Below the pieces are notes generated by a model, which worked only from the letters and a program-made list of their open reading frames with translations, searched no databases and had not been told where the DNA came from. From Bdellovibrionales bacterium (GTDB lineage Bacteria; Bdellovibrionota; Bdellovibrionia; Bdellovibrionales; CAYMLA01): a DNA stretch of 64,000 nucleotides. This document shows, piece by piece, positions 57,427 to 64,000 of the stretch. Where the stretch lies: positions 160,001 to 224,000 of the forward strand of contig OZ244239.1 in assembly GCA_965217115.1 (NCBI GenBank), written 5' to 3'. Each line of letters begins with the position of its first letter. The first letter of the stretch is position 1. The position numbers and the translations under genes are program-made.

Positions 57427-58802
57427 AAAAATATAACGTATCTCGCATCTCTACCCTACTTACTACGATCAGTCTTCTCTTCTGCCAAGCGGCCATTTCT
57501 GCTGATGCAAAAATCCAAACACAGACATTGGATGAACTTCTTAAAAAAGTTCTGCTTGAGCGATCTCTACAATCTCAAGAGCTTCGAGCGCGGGAGAAAG
57601 CTTTCTTAAACAAGCAGACCTCCCAGAAGAGATTGCTTCTAAAAGCTAAAAACGAACTGGTTATCCTAGAGAGACGCACTGCTGTTCTTACAAAGAAGTT
57701 TGAAGAAAACGAAAAAATATTATCTAAAATCGAAGAAAAGCTTAATCTGATTGTTGGAACCCTGGGAGAACTCTTTGGGGTTGTTCGTCAGGTTGCAGGA
57801 GATTTTCGAGGTCAAACACAGGGCTCTATCATCTCAGCTCATGTCACAGACCGTGATGCTTTCCTAGGGAAAATCGCTGAGACAAAGAGCCTTCCAAAAA
57901 CACCTGAGCTAGAGAGATTGTGGTTTGAAATTCAGAGAGAGATGACAGAGAGTGGGAAAGTAATAGCTTTTAACCATCCCGTTATTCTCGCCAATGGAAA
58001 ACAAGTCACACAGAGAGTGACCCGCATAGGTACTTTTAATCTTATATCTGATGGAAAGTACTTTAATTACCAATCTGAAACCAAACAGGTCACGGAACTT
58101 CCCCGTCAACCATCAGGGCGACTGCTTAGTTTAGTTGAAGATTTTGAGGACACAGGTGACTCTGTCTCCCCGTTAGCTATAGACCCCTCGCGGGGAACTA
58201 TCCTATCTGCATTGGTCCAAGCTCCCACTCTGAGTGAGCGCATTGATCAAGGCGGCACTGTTGGTTATATTATTCTCATTCTTCTCTTTATTGGACTCGT
58301 ACTCTCTATAGAGCGTGTTATCGTTCTGAGAAAAGAGTCCCATAAACTCAAAGAGCAAATGCTTGCAAAGGCTCCCCTTGAAGATAATGTCCTCGGCGAG
58401 ATCATGACTGCCTTTGATAAATATCATAATCACGACCTGGAAACCCTAGAACTTAAAATTGATGAGGTTGTGTTGCGTAACACCCCTCGAATCACACGCG
58501 GGGTTGGTACAATTAAAATTCTTTCAGCGATAGCACCTCTCTTAGGACTTTTAGGAACCGTCACAGGAATGATCGCCACCTTTCAATCGATCACCTTATT
58601 CGGAACGGGCGACCCTAAGCTTATGGCTGGAGGTATTTCTCAAGCCTTAGTGACAACTGTTCTTGGATTAGTTTGTGCCATTCCTCTCCTTCTACTCTAT
58701 AATTTGGTCTCATCAAAATGTCAGGGCATCATGCAAGTTCTTGAGGAACAGAGTATTGGAATGATTGCCAGTCGTTCTCAAAAGGACGGAAAGACTTCAT
58801 GA
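57423..58802 (+). CDS. TtpC-like large MotA/TolQ/ExbB proton-channel protein
   Basis: Periplasmic coiled coil, IDPSRG and APLLGLLGTVTGMI motifs. Confidence 0.9.
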   Translation: MKKYNVSRISTLLTTISLLFCQAAISADAKIQTQTLDELLKKVLLERSLQSQELRAREKAFLNKQTSQKRLLLKAKNELVILERRTAVLTKKFEENEKILSKIEEKLNLIVGTLGELFGVVRQVAGDFRGQTQGSIISAHVTDRDAFLGKIAETKSLPKTPELERLWFEIQREMTESGKVIAFNHPVILANGKQVTQRVTRIGTFNLISDGKYFNYQSETKQVTELPRQPSGRLLSLVEDFEDTGDSVSPLAIDPSRGTILSALVQAPTLSERIDQGGTVGYIILILLFIGLVLSIERVIVLRKESHKLKEQMLAKAPLEDNVLGEIMTAFDKYHNHDLETLELKIDEVVLRNTPRITRGVGTIKILSAIAPLLGLLGTVTGMIATFQSITLFGTGDPKLMAGGISQALVTTVLGLVCAIPLLLLYNLVSSKCQGIMQVLEEQSIGMIASRSQKDGKTS

Positions 58803-59314
58803 GCTTTATCGTAGAATCCATCTTAAATCTCTTGGAATCGGGAGGACAAGTTCTTTGGCTTCTCTTATTGACTACTTTTGCACTTTGGATTCTTATTTTT
58901 GAGCGCTTTACTTTTTTTAGATGGTCCCTGCCAGGAATCAAAGAACAAACTCTCCAACAATGGAATCCCTATTCTGCAAATAAGGATTGGCAGTCAGGTC
59001 ATGTTCGCAGACAACTCCTATCAACACTGCAACAAGATCTTGGAAAAAATATCTCTGCTATCAAGATGTTAGTGGCCCTCTGTCCTCTTCTCGGACTTCT
59101 CGGAACTGTTACAGGAATGATCACTGTCTTTGATGTTATGGCCATCTCTGGAACAGGGAATGCGCGAATGATGGCATCGGGAATATCAATGGCCACGATT
59201 CCAACTATGGCAGGTATGATAGCAGCTCTATCTGGTCTCTATTTTGGAAGCTTTTTAGAAAATAAAATGAAGATAGAATGGGAAGTCGTTTCGGAACAAC
59301 TAACCTATAAGTAA
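58799..59314 (+). CDS. exbB: ExbB
   Basis: CPLLGLLGTVTGMI and MASGIS.ATIPTMAG motifs. Confidence 0.9.
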   Translation: MSFIVESILNLLESGGQVLWLLLLTTFALWILIFERFTFFRWSLPGIKEQTLQQWNPYSANKDWQSGHVRRQLLSTLQQDLGKNISAIKMLVALCPLLGLLGTVTGMITVFDVMAISGTGNARMMASGISMATIPTMAGMIAALSGLYFGSFLENKMKIEWEVVSEQLTYK

Positions 59315-59328
59315 AAACCGAGGGTGTC

Positions 59329-59736
59329 GTGAGAAAGAAAAATAGATTTTTACAAGAAGAGAGTGATATTGATCTCACTCCAATGCTAGACATTGTTTTC
59401 ATTATGTTGATTTTCTTTATCGTAACGACTTCATTTGTTAAGGAGTCAGGTATTGAGATTAATCGCCCTAATGCAGCGACAGCCGACAAGAAAGAACGGG
59501 CAAGTATTATGATTGCCATTAGCGAAAGTGGTGAAATCTGGTTACAAAAGCGACGTATCGATATTCGCTCAGTTCGTCCTAACATAGAACGCCTCCATGC
59601 AGAGAGTCCCGAAGGAGCTGTTGTCATTCAAGCCGATAAAGACTCTAAAAATGGACTACTCGTTGAGGTGATGGATCAAATTCGTCTAGCAGGGGTCACT
59701 AGTATTTCCCTTGCAGCAAAAGTGACACAGGAATAA
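59329..59736 (+). CDS. exbD: ExbD
   Basis: IDLTPMLDIVFIMLIFFIVTTSF. Confidence 0.93.
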   Translation: MRKKNRFLQEESDIDLTPMLDIVFIMLIFFIVTTSFVKESGIEINRPNAATADKKERASIMIAISESGEIWLQKRRIDIRSVRPNIERLHAESPEGAVVIQADKDSKNGLLVEVMDQIRLAGVTSISLAAKVTQE

Positions 59737-59740
59737 AGCG

Positions 59741-60373
59741 ATGTCGAAGCGTTTTGGATTATCGATCCTCTTCGGAGGAGTGTGCACATTGAGCATTTTT
59801 TATTTCATGGCCACTTTAATTTCCAGTGATAAATCGTACATGAAAGATCGAGAAGATGGCGAACCTATCGAGTTTTTACGTATTCATCAAGATGACACTC
59901 TAGAAACCCGAAATCGTCGTCCTCCTAAACAACCAGAGGCAGAACCACCTCCTAAACAACCGCAATTAAAGGTGGCAACACCCGACACTCCTTCTAAACC
60001 ACAAATGGCTCTGGATATGCCACAGATAAGTCGGTCTATAGATCTTAACTCGGCTTCATTTTCTGGCGGTATGGCTCCGGCGGCCTCTGGGGAGGTTTTA
60101 CCACTTGTACGTATCGAACCCCATTACCCACAGCGAGCCCGAATGAGCGGAATTGAAGGTTGGGTGGAAGTTCAATTTGATGTTGATAAAAAAGGGGCCG
60201 TGTACAACATACAAATTATAGGGGCGAAGCCCTGGAAAATTTTTGACACCAGTGCCCGTCGAGCTGTTGCAAGGTGGAAGTATCGCCCCCGGGTTATCAA
60301 CGGAAAACCAACAGTGCAAAAAAACATCCGCACTCGTTTTGAGTTTAAAATAGACGCTGGAGGAGACAAGTAA
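59741..60373 (+). CDS. tonB: Energy transducer TonB
   Basis: N-terminal TM, Pro-rich linker, YP..A...GIEGWV.V.F motif. Confidence 0.92.
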   Translation: MSKRFGLSILFGGVCTLSIFYFMATLISSDKSYMKDREDGEPIEFLRIHQDDTLETRNRRPPKQPEAEPPPKQPQLKVATPDTPSKPQMALDMPQISRSIDLNSASFSGGMAPAASGEVLPLVRIEPHYPQRARMSGIEGWVEVQFDVDKKGAVYNIQIIGAKPWKIFDTSARRAVARWKYRPRVINGKPTVQKNIRTRFEFKIDAGGDK

Positions 60374-60375
60374 CG

Positions 60376-61632
60376 ATGAAAACCCCTGCCTACCAGAGAA
60401 TATGTCTTGTCATTATTATTTTATTCTCTCACGTCTGTCCTGCATTGGCATCTTTAGCCCCTAAATTTTCTCCTGAGAAAATCAAAGAACTTAAGAAGAG
60501 GCGCGCGCCACTAACTTCAAAAAAAGCATTCCGTAAATTACAAAGAATTTACTCTCTAATGGATAAGAAAGAGTACGGTAAAGCTGAAACGATGATTCTG
60601 AAACTTCTTAAAAAATCAAACAGACCTTTTCAAAAAGCGCAGAATTTCCAAACTTTAGCACATCTCTATATTAGACAAGATAAGTTAGGTCAGGCGATCA
60701 GTTTTTTTAATCAGGCCCTTAGCCTTAACACCCTTCCTTTAGGACACACTCTTTCAACGATGTATAGTGTCGTACAGATATTAGCTAGCCAGGGGAAAAA
60801 CCTTCAAGCCAAGAAGAAGCTTGAGGATTGGTTCCAGTATGTTGAGAAACCACAACCCCAAGCCTTTGTTCTTTACGCTAGTTTATTGTTTGAGCAAGGC
60901 GACAAAAAAGGGGCTTTGGTAAATATCAATCACGCTTTGAAGTTAACAAAAGACCCAAAGGAGAGCTGGTTGAGGATGGCGGTTGTTCTCAATTATGAAG
61001 CAAAAGATTATGCCACGGTTGAAAAACTTCTACGTCGATTAGTAGAGATAAATCCCAATAAGAGAAAATATTGGCAGCAGCTCTCCAGCACTCAACTTAT
61101 CTTAAACCATTCTTCTAAATCTTTAGCCTCACTAGAATTAGCCTACAAGCAACGCCTTCTTAAAAAAGAGAGGCATCTCTTGAGCTTAATTAATCTCTAC
61201 TCCCACGAGCAGATTCCTTTAAAGACAGCACAGCTTCTCGAAGAACATATTCAATCGGGGAAGCTGAAAAAAAACAAAAAGAATTATCGACTTCTAGCAC
61301 AGGCCTGGCTCCAAGCAGAAGAGCCGAAGAAGGCTATTGCGCCATTAAAAAAAGCGGCTCAATATGCAAAGGATGGAGAGATTGATATTCAATTGGGGCA
61401 GCTCTATATGCAGAGTGAAAACTGGACACAGGCTCTTAAGTTCTTTCAACAGGGAGTCCAAAAAGGAAAACTCAAATCAGAGGCACAAACCCATCTTATG
61501 ATGGGGATTACTTTCTCTAAAACAGGAAATAAGAGTCTAGCTCTTAAATATCTAAAACTTGCCACTGAGTCTGAGGATGAAAGCACAGAGACAGGCGCAC
61601 GACAGTGGCTAAAACATATTCAAAAGAAATAA
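60376..61632 (+). CDS. Tetratricopeptide-repeat protein (TonB2-system associated)
   Basis: Signal peptide and repeated TPR-like helices; last gene of the operon. Confidence 0.82.
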   Translation: MKTPAYQRICLVIIILFSHVCPALASLAPKFSPEKIKELKKRRAPLTSKKAFRKLQRIYSLMDKKEYGKAETMILKLLKKSNRPFQKAQNFQTLAHLYIRQDKLGQAISFFNQALSLNTLPLGHTLSTMYSVVQILASQGKNLQAKKKLEDWFQYVEKPQPQAFVLYASLLFEQGDKKGALVNINHALKLTKDPKESWLRMAVVLNYEAKDYATVEKLLRRLVEINPNKRKYWQQLSSTQLILNHSSKSLASLELAYKQRLLKKERHLLSLINLYSHEQIPLKTAQLLEEHIQSGKLKKNKKNYRLLAQAWLQAEEPKKAIAPLKKAAQYAKDGEIDIQLGQLYMQSENWTQALKFFQQGVQKGKLKSEAQTHLMMGITFSKTGNKSLALKYLKLATESEDESTETGARQWLKHIQKK

Positions 61633-61663
61633 TTTCCATCTCTTATTCTAGGAGGCTTTAAAA

Positions 61664-62632
61664 ATGATTTATAATAATATTCTTGAAGCCATTGGAAGAA
61701 CGCCCCTAATCAAATTAAATCGTATTGGTGCTGATCTTCCTTGTAATCTCTATGCTAAATGTGAATTTATGAATCCTGGGGGATCAGTAAAAGACCGAAT
61801 TGGCTATCAAATGGTCTTAGATGCCCAAGAAAAGGGACGTATCAAGCCAGGTGATACACTCATTGAACCTTCCAGTGGCAATGCGGGGATCGGCATTGCT
61901 TTAGCTGGTGCTGTTCTCGGTTACAAAGTGATTATTACTATGCCGAAAAAAATGAGTCATGAGAAACAAGCGACCCTTGAGGCCCTTGGAGCAACTATTA
62001 TTAGGACACCGACAGAAGCTGCTTTTGATGACCCTGATGGTTTAATAGAAGTCGCTAAGAAGTTGCAGAGAGAAACCCCCCACTCCCACATTCTGGATCA
62101 ATACGCTAATCCCAATAACCCTCTGGCACATTATAATGGAACAGGACGGGAAATCCTAGACGACCTCAACAACCAAGTGGACATGATCGTTATGGGTGTT
62201 GGTACAGGGGGAACCATTACGGGAGTTGCTAAAAAAGTGAGAGAGGAAAAACCCCATGTTATTATCGTCGGTGCTGATCCTGAGGGCTCTATTCTAGCTG
62301 GTCGTCCTGATGAGGAGCCGAAGTCTTATCTTGTTGAAGGCATTGGTTATGATTTCATTCCAGACGTCCTTGATCGTCGTCTTGTTGATGTGTGGATAAA
62401 GACCAATGATGCCCTCTCATTCCCCCTTGCCCGTCGTCTTATTGCTGAAGAGGGACTTCTCTGCGGAGGCTCCTCAGGTTCTGCCATTTATGCAGCCCTT
62501 GAAGCGGCCAAGGATCTTAAAGAGGGCCAAAACTGTGTTGTCCTTCTCCCCGATGGGATTCGTAATTATATGACTAAATTCATTGATGGAGGGTGGATGA
62601 GTCAAAATGGTTTTTCCACTCACAATCTCTAA
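61664..62632 (+). CDS. Cystathionine beta-synthase / cysteine synthase family PLP enzyme
   Basis: [28 protein letters not shown] and [11 protein letters not shown] motifs. Confidence 0.92.
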   Translation: MIYNNILEAIGRTPLIKLNRIGADLPCNLYAKCEFMNPGGSVKDRIGYQMVLDAQEKGRIKPGDTLIEPSSGNAGIGIALAGAVLGYKVIITMPKKMSHEKQATLEALGATIIRTPTEAAFDDPDGLIEVAKKLQRETPHSHILDQYANPNNPLAHYNGTGREILDDLNNQVDMIVMGVGTGGTITGVAKKVREEKPHVIIVGADPEGSILAGRPDEEPKSYLVEGIGYDFIPDVLDRRLVDVWIKTNDALSFPLARRLIAEEGLLCGGSSGSAIYAALEAAKDLKEGQNCVVLLPDGIRNYMTKFIDGGWMSQNGFSTHNL

Positions 62633-62688
62633 CCAACTGTACTAGTCTTTCTATATGAATGACAAAATTGTTTTAGAAGGAGAAAAAG

Positions 62689-63270
62689 ATGAAGTTCCTA
62701 TCATTTCTAGCTATAACTCTATTTATTAGCCATTCCATGGCTGCGAAACTCTTTATTTTAGCAGGTGGTAATCAGGCCAGTGATCATTTCGAGCAAGGTC
62801 GTTATAAAGTTGATGGCAGAGGGCAATTTACATACTCTATAGGTGCTCGATTAGATTTCTCGGATGGGCATTCAGGATTCCAACTTGATTTTCTCTACTC
62901 GCCAAGAATCACAGAGTATAAATTCTCACCGGATTCAAGCGAAACAAAGACAGTTCATTATATTGATATTCCTTTAATGTACCGTATTCCCATTGGAAGA
63001 CTGTCTCTAGGTGTTGGAGCTTATTACTCCATAGGCTCTGGTAAGATTAAGCATGAAGTGACTAGAGGTGCATCAAGAACAAGTGATGACCTCGCTTTTA
63101 ATACTGCTAACCACTCTGATAATGATTACGGGGGCATTGCCGCCATCGGTTGCAATTTTAAGAGACATTTTGTTGAGGCGCGTTATTTGTATGGCTTTAG
63201 CGACAGATACACCAATCTAGATGTGGCGACCTACCGAGTGGTCCAACTTCTTCTGGGTTATCGCTTCTAG
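62689..63270 (+). CDS. Outer-membrane beta-barrel protein
   Basis: Signal peptide, YIDIPL, EARY.YG, terminal GYRF. Confidence 0.8.
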   Translation: MKFLSFLAITLFISHSMAAKLFILAGGNQASDHFEQGRYKVDGRGQFTYSIGARLDFSDGHSGFQLDFLYSPRITEYKFSPDSSETKTVHYIDIPLMYRIPIGRLSLGVGAYYSIGSGKIKHEVTRGASRTSDDLAFNTANHSDNDYGGIAAIGCNFKRHFVEARYLYGFSDRYTNLDVATYRVVQLLLGYRF

Positions 63271-63361
63271 GAAATTCTGTCTATCAAGGGACCTATCAAA
63301 AGATCGAAGTCATTTTGACCACTAAATAGACCATTTAAGAAACTATTCAGGTTAATTCTCT

Positions 63362-63377
63362 TGGCATCTTTTATGCT
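63362..63377 (+). promoter_or_regulatory. Putative sigma54 promoter
   Basis: TGGCATCTTTTATGCT (GG-N10-GC). Confidence 0.6.
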
Positions 63378-63441
63378 TTACTCTATGAGTAAGTGCATAA
63401 TGGCACTGAAAAAAATTAAACTGCTTTAACGGGGAGGATTT

Positions 63442-64000
63442 ATGAAGTGGGGAGTTACAAAATTAGCACTAATGATGACTGTATTAACGATGGGAGCTTC
63501 TGCTTCTGCAGAGAGAGTTCGATTGGTCTTAGACTACAATGACCTACATGTGAAGGGGCGCACAGATAATAAACTTCATCTTAAAAAGAAGCTCAAGTCA
63601 CAGTATCCTGGAATTCGCCTTCGTAAAGCTAGCCTCATCAAGGTGAAGCTTGTTGCCAAATCAAAGCGTGGTCATGGAACGGCAGCACTCCATGTGGGTG
63701 ATCAAAAGACTTATAGGGAACAAATCTACGGGAATAGATATGATTTTAACGATCCCAGTCCTTATACTTTTGATAAAATCAGGTTTTCTAACCCTTCCTA
63801 TGATTCCCAGGGAAAATGGCAGATTGATTTACGCGGGAATATCAAGATTCGCAAAGTTATCGTCGTCGTGAATCTTAGGAATCGTGATCGCAGAAGGGAT
63901 CAGGAGTTGACTCAGCGTATCACTTGCTCTAGCCGGGGTCACAACTACAAGTACTGTCTTGCAGATGGTCGTATTCTTAGCATCTTCCTCATGGACCAGT
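63442..64000 (+). CDS. Secreted protein, 3'-truncated by window edge (start of a DUF3011-like Cys module)
   Basis: GGAGG SD, ATG 63442, frame open to the window end: MKWGVTKLALMM...ITCSSRGHNYKYCLADGRI; absent from the ORF track. Confidence 0.82.
   Translation, partial: MKWGVTKLALMMTVLTMGASASAERVRLVLDYNDLHVKGRTDNKLHLKKKLKSQYPGIRLRKASLIKVKLVAKSKRGHGTAALHVGDQKTYREQIYGNRYDFNDPSPYTFDKIRFSNPSYDSQGKWQIDLRGNIKIRKVIVVVNLRNRDRRRDQELTQRITCSSRGHNYKYCLADGRILSIFLMDQ

Overview
Bacterial chromosomal window, most likely from a Bdellovibrionota-like organism. This is an inference from the gene complement and the many signal-peptide orphan genes behind sigma54-type motifs; I cannot confirm taxonomy. Left part (1-19.7 kb): housekeeping genes (fadE, rpsD, lysS, pyk, SpoIID-like, MFS/DMT transporters) plus a porin and a ~1630-aa repetitive lipoprotein. 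Middle (19.7-50.2 kb, between convergent tRNA-Val(GAC) and tRNA-Ala(GGC)): a mosaic of mostly accessory DNA. It holds (i) three near-identical 140-bp long-hairpin elements whose mismatches become G-U/G-T pairs on the minus strand; (ii) an AT-rich seven-gene cluster (sterol-desaturase-like, two GNAT-like, Rieske oxygenase, ferritin-like diiron, beta-helix acyltransferase, GH3 amide ligase) that looks like an uncharacterised small-molecule pathway; (iii) a tandem gene duplication with a readable junction and an 'empty-site' allele of the hairpin; (iv) a decayed ~6.4-kb island bounded by tRNA-Ala and a degenerate full-length tRNA copy, with serine-recombinase remnants, a RelE/HTH toxin-antitoxin pair and an IS3 scar. 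Right part: thiI and cysteine desulfurase, an Omp85-like gene, a TonB-dependent receptor divergent from a six-gene TtpC/TonB2-type operon, a CBS/CysK-family enzyme, and a secreted protein running off the end. No CRISPR array, rRNA, reverse transcriptase or intact transposase/integrase was seen. All family calls come from motif recognition, not database searches.
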